The notes below the pieces were generated by a model. The model saw nothing but the letters and a program-made list of their open reading frames with translations. It made no database searches and was not told the DNA's origin. A program made the translations under genes and the position numbers. From IMG/VR virus record IMGVR_UViG_3300032144_000009, positions 1 through 63,344 of that record: 63,344 bases of DNA. One strand, given 5' to 3'. Shown piece by piece: positions 7,162 through 14,604 of this stretch. Source of the DNA: a virus. Every line of letters starts with the position of its first letter. Within the stretch, counting starts at the first letter, position 1.

Positions 7162-7425
7162 TTACTGAATCACCTCAGGTTTGTTGATCAAGCCTCGCCA
7201 TTCGAAGCAACCCAGGAAGCCGAACAGGCCAGCCCAGTGCCCAGACGCATAGTCCCTGAAATGAATCTTGTCGGGTTGCCCGAGGAACCCGTATTTGTCG
7301 CGGAACTCATACCTGCCGGGATTGACAGGCGGTTCGGTTTGTGCGTTGAACCACTGGGTTCGGGTCTGGTCGTAGATGGGCAAGGGAGTCACCTTGTCGT
7401 CGAGGTTGAAAGCACCGGGCATCAT
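7162..7425 (-). CDS. Hypothetical protein (87 aa)
   Basis: ATGA overlap with the upstream gene. Confidence 0.6.
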   Translation of the reverse strand: MMPGAFNLDDKVTPLPIYDQTRTQWFNAQTEPPVNPGRYEFRDKYGFLGQPDKIHFRDYASGHWAGLFGFLGCFEWRGLINKPEVIQ

Positions 7426-7724
7426 GCTAGCTCCGCCAATTTCACAAGCGCTACCTGCAAGTGCATTGCAGCTTCGGTCAGCGTATTACGCACACCACCA
7501 GTCGGCGTCCGCAAGACAAGGATGTCCACTTCGTCGAGGTAGAGCTGCACGCCACGCACAACACGGCGAATGTCATGGCTAGCAGGCGCTACAGGCGACG
7601 ATCGAGGATGCAGAGGTATGCTAGGCTTGATCAGCCCGTCGATGCCGCTCTGCGTGCAATAGTTCCGATCCCTGCAAACCATGGGCAGCTCGCAGTGGTT
7701 GCACGGTGTGAAGCCGAGGTTCAT
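7422..7724 (-). CDS. Hypothetical Cys-rich protein (100 aa)
   Basis: CNHCELPMVCRDRNYC lies near the N-terminus. ATGA overlaps on both sides. Confidence 0.6.
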   Translation of the reverse strand: MNLGFTPCNHCELPMVCRDRNYCTQSGIDGLIKPSIPLHPRSSPVAPASHDIRRVVRGVQLYLDEVDILVLRTPTGGVRNTLTEAAMHLQVALVKLAELA

Positions 7725-8440
7725 TTCCCGTACTTCCGCAGCATCCGCAGAGCGTATTCCCGCGCAAGGTCGAAATACATCTCATCACCCCAGTCAGGCG
7801 TGTCACCCATGTCGTTGTGAAACTGATCCATCTGCTTTCGCAGGAACGCTTTGTCGTGCTCGAATACGCTTGCTTCCCCTGGGCCTCTGGGGGTGAAGGG
7901 AGTGGCGAGGGCCTTCTCCGCAGCGCGCACGCGAGCAATCAGCCCTTGCACGCTGAAATACAGCATGTACATGAACTGCCGGTCGCCTGCATTGAGGGGA
8001 ATGCTGCGGCCATTCCAGGGCGTGTAGCCCAGGCGAAGCCAGTTCGCCAGTTCGGCCAGCATGTCGTCGCTGATCGGCTTGATGACCGTCCTGTCAAACG
8101 ATCCGCCGTTGCCCATTTCCCAAGGGCCTTCGGGGCGCTCTTGAATCAGCGCCTGCCAGCGGTTGATGTCCTTCTCGTTGATCTTCGGTGCTGCCTTGGC
8201 CTCCGGTGCAGGCTCTGGTTCTTCCCCCTGGGTGGAAAGGGCAGAGCGGGTGGCGTAACGCTTGATAGCTTCGATCAGCATCAGGCTCGCTGGAGCATCC
8301 TCATCAAACCCGGGCCGCGCCCGTTCTTCAGCCTCATCGATACCCAAGAACTTGCCGACGCTGACAAGGGTTTCAATCCTGGCATCGAGCTTTTGTTGCA
8401 GCAGGGCCAGCGCTTCGGCGAGGCGTTGTGCTTCGTTCAT
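7721..8440 (-). CDS. Hypothetical protein (239 aa)
   Basis: Long ORF with an ATG start in the operon orientation. I recognised no motif. Confidence 0.7.
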   Translation of the reverse strand: MNEAQRLAEALALLQQKLDARIETLVSVGKFLGIDEAEERARPGFDEDAPASLMLIEAIKRYATRSALSTQGEEPEPAPEAKAAPKINEKDINRWQALIQERPEGPWEMGNGGSFDRTVIKPISDDMLAELANWLRLGYTPWNGRSIPLNAGDRQFMYMLYFSVQGLIARVRAAEKALATPFTPRGPGEASVFEHDKAFLRKQMDQFHNDMGDTPDWGDEMYFDLAREYALRMLRKYGK

Positions 8441-8541
8441 ACTGCACCCAGCTGAGGAAAGAGAAGGATGAGCATCAGAAGGCCGTACAGCCCCGTCAGC
8501 ACGAGGGAGCTGATCCCGAACAGTTTCAGAAAGTGATTCAT
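8437..8541 (-). CDS. Possible 34-aa hydrophobic peptide
   Basis: Hand translation gives MNHFLKLFGISSLVLTGLYGLLMLILLFPQLGAV*. ATGA overlap with gene 7721-8440. Confidence 0.35.
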   Translation of the reverse strand: MNHFLKLFGISSLVLTGLYGLLMLILLFPQLGAV

Positions 8542-8550
8542 TGAGGTCTC

Positions 8551-8823
8551 CTACTTAACATAGATCGTCCCGTTCGGGCATGTCCAGGCATGGGTGACGG
8601 GCATCTGCACCAGCATCTTCTGACCCATGTCAGTCTCGGTTTCCATCACCTGGGACTCGAGCTTGCCGAAGTACACGCATTCGGGCGGCCCTGCAGGCTG
8701 CACCGCTTGCTTGACCACACTGGTCTCCGCTCGGCAGTTCGCATCGCCAATCTCATGCGAGCCCAGCGCGATGAAAACGCAGAGCACGACCAGGCCGAAG
8801 TATTGGTTCATGAAGAAGGACAT
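8551..8823 (-). CDS. Small secreted Cys-containing protein (90 aa)
   Basis: ATG at 8823 is preceded by AGGAG. The signal-like N-terminus is MSFFMNQYFGLVVLCVFIALGSHE, and the mature part has Cys residues. Confidence 0.6.
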   Translation of the reverse strand: MSFFMNQYFGLVVLCVFIALGSHEIGDANCRAETSVVKQAVQPAGPPECVYFGKLESQVMETETDMGQKMLVQMPVTHAWTCPNGTIYVK

Positions 8824-8831
8824 GGTGGCTC

Positions 8832-9032
8832 CTAGTTTACCGCGTCGGGAGGGCGCGGTGCGGTGATGAGTGCGCGGATCTGCACCTCGCGGCGCAGCTC
8901 TTTGATCCACTCAGGGATAAACCAGCCCACCTCAGTGAATCTGGCGAACTTGACGTCAAGCCAGTCGACCTGGGCTTCCGTCATCTCGGTGAAGAGGCAA
9001 GACCCCTTCGCGGCTTGTCTGACCTTGGGCAT
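8832..9032 (-). CDS. Hypothetical protein (66 aa)
   Basis: ATG start, operon orientation. Confidence 0.5.
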   Translation of the reverse strand: MPKVRQAAKGSCLFTEMTEAQVDWLDVKFARFTEVGWFIPEWIKELRREVQIRALITAPRPPDAVN

Positions 9033-9035
9033 GAT

Positions 9036-9332
9036 TCATCCGATCCAATAGGTGGGCTTGTCGCCCGTGCTGTAACTGAACTCGTCGATCTTGATGCGCC
9101 CACCGCGTGCCTCGAGAGCAGGTGTGAGCATGTTGGTCACCATGTGAAGAGCGTCCTTGCGGCTGATGTTGAGGTACGTAAAGCAGCCGCCAGAGAAGAT
9201 GCGTTCCGGGTTGTCCACCAGCGGCGCATCGACGCGGATGTGCACGCAGAACTTCCCGTTGTTGGTGCGGTCGACCTTCTTGACGAGCGCGATGGCTTCA
9301 GCGGTCGTCAGCAGATGGGTGACGGTTTGCAT
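9036..9332 (-). CDS. Hypothetical protein (98 aa)
   Basis: ATG at 9332 is preceded by GGAG. The longer track ORF adds an S/R-rich extension. Confidence 0.6.
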   Translation of the reverse strand: MQTVTHLLTTAEAIALVKKVDRTNNGKFCVHIRVDAPLVDNPERIFSGGCFTYLNISRKDALHMVTNMLTPALEARGGRIKIDEFSYSTGDKPTYWIG

Positions 9333-9336
9333 TTGA

Positions 9337-9555
9337 TTACTCCGAGATGGCTTCGATGGTTTCGGTGCGCGACAGGCTGTCAGTGAAGTCGTCGAACCGT
9401 GCTTCCGCACGCGAGCTGAAGAACTTGACCTTGAACCAGACTTCGGTTGCACCGCGCTTGAAGGTTGCAACGAGCAACCCGTTTTCGAACAGCTCGCCCT
9501 TGACAATGTAACCCTTAGCGTTGCGGGTGACTTGCGTGGTGTAAGGATGGGTCAT
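9337..9555 (-). CDS. Hypothetical protein (72 aa)
   Basis: ATG is preceded by GGAGA. First gene downstream of promoter module A. Confidence 0.6.
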   Translation of the reverse strand: MTHPYTTQVTRNAKGYIVKGELFENGLLVATFKRGATEVWFKVKFFSSRAEARFDDFTDSLSRTETIEAISE

Positions 9556-9589
9556 TTCATTTCTCCGGGTTGCGTGTTGCAGTGGTGTT

Positions 9590-9618
9590 AATGTAAGACA
9601 GATTTCGGACCTATGCTT
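9590..9618 (-). promoter_or_regulatory. Promoter module A: GGTCCGA - 9 nt - TACATT (minus strand)
   Basis: The minus strand reads aagcat a GGTCCGA aatctgtct TACATT. This is the same geometry as modules B, C and D. Confidence 0.45.
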
Positions 9619-9625
9619 AGTTCAA

Positions 9626-9650
9626 GTGTAACAGTTCAAACTGTTACACT
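9626..9650. promoter_or_regulatory. Perfect inverted repeat gtgtaacagtt-caa-aactgttacac (two TGTAACAG boxes)
   Basis: Read directly. It lies upstream of promoter module A. Confidence 0.6.
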
Positions 9651-9658
9651 TGACCCAT

Positions 9659-9883
9659 TCAACGACCGCCGTTCAGTGCGACGCGCACCTCCTCCGCTGC
9701 ACGCGTCAGCGCTTCCTTCAGACCGAAGGTGCTGAACGTCTCCCGCCCATCCGACAGCAGACCGCCGTCAACAAACACCTCGAAGCTCTCCGAATGCGGG
9801 TATTCCCGCACGATGACCGTGATCTCCTCCGTGTTTTCGGTTGCGCGTGCCTTGAACTCAGCGATAGTGATACCTGCGTACAT
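9659..9883 (-). CDS. Hypothetical protein (74 aa)
   Basis: ATG at 9883 is preceded by AAGGGGA. Confidence 0.6.
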   Translation of the reverse strand: MYAGITIAEFKARATENTEEITVIVREYPHSESFEVFVDGGLLSDGRETFSTFGLKEALTRAAEEVRVALNGGR

Positions 9884-9894
9884 TTTCGTTCCCC

Positions 9895-10038
9895 TTACCA
9901 CCAGACAGCAGCGCGAGCGACTTCCGCTTGCGACACGTTGAAGCGTTGTGCGACGATGCGGATAGCGCGTTGCTTGTTGAACTGTGCACGCTTGACTTGG
10001 AACAGGTCGCGGGCTTGGGTGTTGAGGAAGAAGTTCAT
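9895..10038 (-). CDS. Hypothetical 47-aa protein
   Basis: ATG at 10038 is preceded by AGGAG. The product is MNFFLNTQARDLFQVKRAQFNKQRAIRIVAQRFNVSQAEVARAAVWW. Confidence 0.45.
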   Translation of the reverse strand: MNFFLNTQARDLFQVKRAQFNKQRAIRIVAQRFNVSQAEVARAAVWW

Positions 10039-10069
10039 TTCGATCTCCTGTTGCGTTGTTGATGTATGT

Positions 10070-10097
10070 ACTTTAGCAGATGCATCAGACCTGTCAA
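10070..10097 (-). promoter_or_regulatory. Promoter module B: TTGACA GGTCTGA - 9 nt - TAAAGT (minus strand)
   Basis: The minus strand reads cTTGACAGGTCTGAtgcatctgcTAAAGT, with a consensus -35 and a 16-nt spacer. A TGTAACAG box lies 19 nt upstream (10111-10118). Confidence 0.55.
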
Positions 10098-10164
10098 GCA
10101 CTTTATCGAACTGTTACACCTCTTTACATCTGACCGGATGCATTGCTGCACCCGGTCCCCTTAC

Positions 10165-10539
10165 TTAGTAGGTCTTAAACTGCCTCCACTCCTTGTTCTG
10201 GTACATCAGCACGTAATCCGCCCCCAGAGCCTTCGCGCGGTCGAGCAGGTTGTCCCAGTCCGGCGCAAACATAGCGTCGTGCTTGGGTTCCCCACGGTCC
10301 CTGTGGTATGCAATGACCACGTTTCGTGCCGGGTCATCGAAGGAGTGCTGCTCGCCCGGCTTCGGTGCAACTTGCGCACCCAGCACGCTGATCGAACCAA
10401 GCTCGAGCAGCTCGTTGATCTTGCTCACGTCGTTGTAATACGTGCGCAGGATGGGCAGGTTGCCGAGACCGTTGTTGTGGCAGTAGATCGCCTTGAAGCC
10501 GAAGTCGGTTTGCATAGCGATAAGAACTCGTGTAGCCAT
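10165..10539 (-). CDS. Hypothetical protein (124 aa), first gene of the leftward block
   Basis: ATG is preceded by AGGAGA. Confidence 0.65.
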   Translation of the reverse strand: MATRVLIAMQTDFGFKAIYCHNNGLGNLPILRTYYNDVSKINELLELGSISVLGAQVAPKPGEQHSFDDPARNVVIAYHRDRGEPKHDAMFAPDWDNLLDRAKALGADYVLMYQNKEWRQFKTY

Positions 10540-10577
10540 TTAACTCTCCTAAAGCGTCGCAACCATTTGCGACACAC

Positions 10578-10607
10578 AAAGTATAGCGCAGTTCGGACCT
10601 ATTGCAC
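10578..10607 (-). promoter_or_regulatory. Promoter module C: GGTCCGA - 9 nt - TACTTT (overlapping TATACT)
   Basis: The minus strand reads gtgcaa ta GGTCCGA actgcgcTATACTTTg. A TGTAACAG box lies at 10629-10636, 29 nt away. A 6-bp hairpin gtcgca/tgcgac sits in the leader. Confidence 0.45.
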
Positions 10608-10798
10608 GGGTCGTATCAATCTTTACACTGTAACAGTTCGCTATGACCACAATCCGGCGGCCAGGCTTGCCGTCCACCCCGCACTGCTTCGATGGGTGAA
10701 CTATAGCGACAACTCGACCTTCGGTCTAGCAGCGTTACATCTGTTGCATTTGAGAGCGACGCCGTGCGAAAGTGGGCGTTAGCAGTCACTGACAAAAT

Positions 10799-11058
10799 CA
10801 TTAACATGGGTCAACTAGACCGAATGTTAATCTTTTGCACCAAGTTGGGGAGTTAACACTTTTCGTGTTAACGGCGAATTCGGATGTTAATGGCTCGTTT
10901 ACCTGTGTACTACCTACTATAAATTAACAATTAACATAATAAACACCAAGGGACTCATTAGGGTTTCCCCGGTCCCCTCCCCCCTCCCTCCCGGCGCTTT
11001 CCCGGCCCCCATGTTAATCGTGTTAATTTGGTTAATTTGTTAATGAAATTCTGTTAAT
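10799..11058. promoter_or_regulatory. Array of about 12 (T)GTTAA(T/C) sites in the AT-rich divergent control region (candidate origin or regulator-binding array)
   Basis: Forward-orientation sites are at 10825, 10852, 10866, 10885, 11012, 11021, 11030, 11038 and 11052. Reverse-orientation sites are at 10801, 10923 and 10930. The last five are spaced 8-14 nt apart. Confidence 0.6.
10961..11010. other. C-rich tract (G-runs on the minus strand) embedded in the site array
   Basis: gggtttccccggtcccctcccccctccctcccggcgctttcccggccccc has at least 6 runs of 3 or more C. Confidence 0.8.
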
Positions 11059-11118
11059 GTTTTGCTGCACACTTTCCCGCATTTCGCGCCAACTTCACCC
11101 TTCAACCAAGGTATCGCC

Positions 11119-11802
11119 ATGCCTAACCTCTTCTCTTTCATCAAGCCCACCGCCACCACACCCTCCACACCCGCGCCCACTGCGGACACACAAGTCATCG
11201 TCGTGGACAGCCTTACCGCCTTTGCACAAGCGGAACAAGCATGCACCCCCACGCACGCGCCCGCACAAGCGCCTGCAGACCCCGTGCTACCCGTAGACGC
11301 AATAGATCCGACAACTCTGCTCCCCATGCCAGCAGCGGACCCAAGCGACCCGCCCCTACCATCGTTCGAACAACTCTACAGGGAAGAGCAGTCACGTCAG
11401 GTACGCACACAGCTGGCTTTCCATCACGCCCTGTTCGGTGTGCACGAACCCAGCTTGTCCGAAGGGCAACGACAGTTCGAAGCTGAGCTGCAAACCAGCG
11501 CGCCCAATCCTGTTCAATCCGTCACGCCCATCGTATCCGAAGAACGCGAAGCTGAAACCGAAGTCAAGCGTGTCACTCGTGCACGGGTGGCGGAGGAGCG
11601 CAAGCAACGCATCGACGCATGCAAGGACGCAATCGAGACAGCGGAGCTCGCACGGAAGGAGCGGTACGTTGAACTCATGCGCGGTGTCGCCAAGGAGCTC
11701 GAGCCTTTCGACGCTGCATGCAAGGCTGCACGCGAGGCGCTGTTGCGTGAACGCAGTAGCACGGTGCAGGAGCTGCTTGAACGTGCACGCCAAGGTAAAT
11801 GA
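11119..11802 (+). CDS. Hypothetical protein, Pro-rich N-terminus and coiled-coil C-terminus (first gene of the rightward operon)
   Basis: ATG at 11119 is preferred over the TTG at 11062. 227 aa. Confidence 0.6.
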   Translation: MPNLFSFIKPTATTPSTPAPTADTQVIVVDSLTAFAQAEQACTPTHAPAQAPADPVLPVDAIDPTTLLPMPAADPSDPPLPSFEQLYREEQSRQVRTQLAFHHALFGVHEPSLSEGQRQFEAELQTSAPNPVQSVTPIVSEEREAETEVKRVTRARVAEERKQRIDACKDAIETAELARKERYVELMRGVAKELEPFDAACKAAREALLRERSSTVQELLERARQGK

Positions 11803-11863
11803 CCCTTGCGAACTCTGTAGGGTAACGCTTACACTGCGGCAGCACATTCAGCATATCAGACTC

Positions 11864-12112
11864 ATGGTCGAAACTCACAACCCAAGCCCTCAGCAAGTGT
11901 TCGACGATACTTACGTGTCGACCATGGAGATCTGCGAAGAAATGGGCGTCAACCGTGCAAGCGTGACGAACGCCATCAAACGGAAGTTTCTACCCGCTCC
12001 AATCGTGGTCAGCCACTCCCACATGCACCTCTGGGTTCGCAGGGAAATCCGACCTATCTTGGACGCGTGGAAACTGGTCCTCAAAGCGAGACAAGCCAAG
12101 GAAACTGCATGA
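11864..12112 (+). CDS. Small HTH DNA-binding protein (excisionase/MerR-like fold)
   Basis: YVSTMEICEEMGVNRASVTNAIKRKFLPAPIVV...HLWVRREI. The stop overlaps the primase ATG (ATGA). The start position is uncertain. Confidence 0.55.
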   Translation: MVETHNPSPQQVFDDTYVSTMEICEEMGVNRASVTNAIKRKFLPAPIVVSHSHMHLWVRREIRPILDAWKLVLKARQAKETA

Positions 12113-14535
12113 CAGACCCGGTGAGCGCGTGGATGCGCTTGCCTGAGGAGCTGCGTTGGGCGCGACAGTGGGTTGTCGCGGGTCCTGACAAGGCACCTTA
12201 CACGGCAAACGCGAATGGGCAGTTGTACCGCGCAAGCGTCACAGACCCGTCAACATGGTTGGACTTTGATACCGCGTGTGCGTATGCGGTTGCGAACGGG
12301 GCAGGCATCGGGTACGTGTTGCACGAACTCGACCCGTACACCTGTATCGACTTGGATGTCAAGGACGCACAGAATGCGCCCGACAAACCCGAGCTCTGGA
12401 CTACCCCGGAACAACTCAACAAATACTGGTCAATCTGCCAGTCGTTGAACTCCTACACGGAGACCTCGCGTTCGGGCAAGGGCTTGCACGTGTGGGTGAG
12501 GGGCAACATCGGTGCAGGTCGCAGACGCGGTGGCATTGAAATCTACTCACGCGAGCGGTTCATCATCTGCACGGGTGAAGTCGTTATCAACGTTCCCATC
12601 GCTGACCGGCAGGACGCCCTTCAGTTGTTCGTTGATGAGCTCACAGCGCTCAACCGCAGGGAAGGGATCTCCGAAGGCGTTGTTGCTGATCAAGAAGACG
12701 TGCACGACGATGCGGAGATTATCGAACGTGCGCTGAACGCTGCCAACGGCGCCAAGTTCCATGCGCTGTGCTGCGCTACCTCGTGTGAAGGCGAGGGTGA
12801 GGACAAGGTGCACGGGTCTTACACGGAGCTGGGCTACACGTCGCAATCCGAAGCTGACTTGGCGCTCATGTCCATGTTCACCTTCTACTCGCGTTCGAAC
12901 GAGCAATGCAAACGCTTGTTCCGCATGACAGGCTTGGGCAAGCGTGCCAAGGCCACACGTGACGACAAGTATCTCGACCGCACCATCCAAGGCAGGCGCA
13001 AGTTCCAATTCAACGAAGAGCAAGCGGCCAAGCACGGTGAGAACCAAGCGGCCGCAATCCTTGCCAGCGCGCGTGGGCTGGTTGACAAGCTCAACGCTCA
13101 GGGCGCTGCTGCACTGGGCATCGCAAGGGTGGAAGAGCCCGCTCCAGGCCCGCAGGGGCCGACCAGTGCGGCGATGGTTGCTTCCATGGTGCCCAAGCGG
13201 GACACGGAAGATAGCTCGCTGGAATGGCCCCCTGGGTTCATGGGCGCCATTGCGAACTTTATCTACTCCTCGGCGCCGCGCCCTGTCAAAGAAGTCGCAA
13301 TCGTTGCAGCGCTTGGACTGGTTGCTGGCATCTGCGGTCGCACGTGGCTGTTACCACAATCAGGGCTCAACCTGTATGTGATCCTTGTTGCACGGTCAGC
13401 GATCGGCAAGGAAGCAATGCACAGCGGGATTTCCATCCTGTTGTCCAAGCTCATGCAGACGTTCCCGCAGGCTTCGCAGTTCGTTGACTTTGCGGACTTT
13501 GCGTCTGGCCCAGCGTTGCAGAAGGCGGTCGCTGCCAACCCGTGCTTCGTCAACGTTGCAGGTGAGTTCGGTAAGAAGCTTTCGCGCCTGGCTAAGGAGA
13601 ACGGTGAGGGGCCCATGCAGCAGCTCCGCACGGTCATGACGAACCTGTACCAGAAGAGCGGGCCCACCAGCATCGTTGGCGGTATCACCTACTCGAACAA
13701 GGACGGGAACATTGCGTCCGTGTCTGGCGTGTCGTACAGCATGATCGGTGAGACCACACCCAGCACGCTCTACGAGTCGCTCACCGAGTCCATGATGTCG
13801 GACGGCTTCCTTTCCCGCTTCAACATCATTGAATACAAGGGCAAGCGCCCACCGCAGAACTACAATCAGCAGCTTGAGCCTGACTCCGCGCTTGTGGACC
13901 ACTTGCGGGGCCTAGTTGCATACAGCGCGGACTTGCAGAATCGCCCCGCAGCCCGCATACAGATTCAGCGCGACACCGAAGCGGGCGACATGCTGCACGC
14001 GTTCGACGTGGAATGCGATGGGGAGATCAACAGCACGGACGACGAAGGTGTGCGTCAGATGTGGAACCGTGCCCACCTGAAGGTCTTGCGCATCGCGGGC
14101 CTGCTTGCTGTTGCAGACAACCCTGCCAACCCGTGGATGACACGCGAATACGTCACGTGGGCGCTCTCCGTTGTGCGCAAGGACATACAGATGATGCAGA
14201 CACGCATGGGTGAAGGTGACGTCGGTGTGGACGACGACTCGCGTGAGAAGAAGATCATGAACGTGATCAAGGACTACCTTCAGTTCGGTGCAGGCCCTGG
14301 GTACAACATCAACCCCTCGTTGCAGTTCGCTGGCATCGTGCCACGCAAGCTGCTGCAGATGCGTGTGTCGCGCCTCACCGCGTTCTACTCACACAAGCTG
14401 GGTGCCAACGTTGCCCTTGACGGTACCATCCGCAACCTGATTGACACAGGGCGTCTTGTCGAGATGGACAAGACGAAGCTGATCACGGACTACGGCGCCC
14501 ACGGCAAGTGCTACCGCGTTTTGGACCTCACTTAA
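12109..14535 (+). CDS. AEP-family primase-polymerase fused to a DUF3987-like NTPase/helicase domain
   Basis: 808 aa. CIDLDVKD, GKGLHVWVRG and GIEIYSRERF are prim-pol motifs. LNLYVILVARSAIGKEA is P-loop-like. Confidence 0.8.
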   Translation: MTDPVSAWMRLPEELRWARQWVVAGPDKAPYTANANGQLYRASVTDPSTWLDFDTACAYAVANGAGIGYVLHELDPYTCIDLDVKDAQNAPDKPELWTTPEQLNKYWSICQSLNSYTETSRSGKGLHVWVRGNIGAGRRRGGIEIYSRERFIICTGEVVINVPIADRQDALQLFVDELTALNRREGISEGVVADQEDVHDDAEIIERALNAANGAKFHALCCATSCEGEGEDKVHGSYTELGYTSQSEADLALMSMFTFYSRSNEQCKRLFRMTGLGKRAKATRDDKYLDRTIQGRRKFQFNEEQAAKHGENQAAAILASARGLVDKLNAQGAAALGIARVEEPAPGPQGPTSAAMVASMVPKRDTEDSSLEWPPGFMGAIANFIYSSAPRPVKEVAIVAALGLVAGICGRTWLLPQSGLNLYVILVARSAIGKEAMHSGISILLSKLMQTFPQASQFVDFADFASGPALQKAVAANPCFVNVAGEFGKKLSRLAKENGEGPMQQLRTVMTNLYQKSGPTSIVGGITYSNKDGNIASVSGVSYSMIGETTPSTLYESLTESMMSDGFLSRFNIIEYKGKRPPQNYNQQLEPDSALVDHLRGLVAYSADLQNRPAARIQIQRDTEAGDMLHAFDVECDGEINSTDDEGVRQMWNRAHLKVLRIAGLLAVADNPANPWMTREYVTWALSVVRKDIQMMQTRMGEGDVGVDDDSREKKIMNVIKDYLQFGAGPGYNINPSLQFAGIVPRKLLQMRVSRLTAFYSHKLGANVALDGTIRNLIDTGRLVEMDKTKLITDYGAHGKCYRVLDLT

Positions 14536-14604
14536 TCCAGTTGTGTGGTCAACGAGCATTGCGTTAAATTAACAGCGTGCACGGTGCACTAAGGAAACAC
14601 ATCA

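Noticed and set aside
10799-11058. Short repeated TGTTAAT units as a possible CRISPR or MITE.
   Set aside because: The units are only 6-7 bp, occur in both orientations and are irregularly spaced in a promoter or origin context. This fits protein-binding sites.
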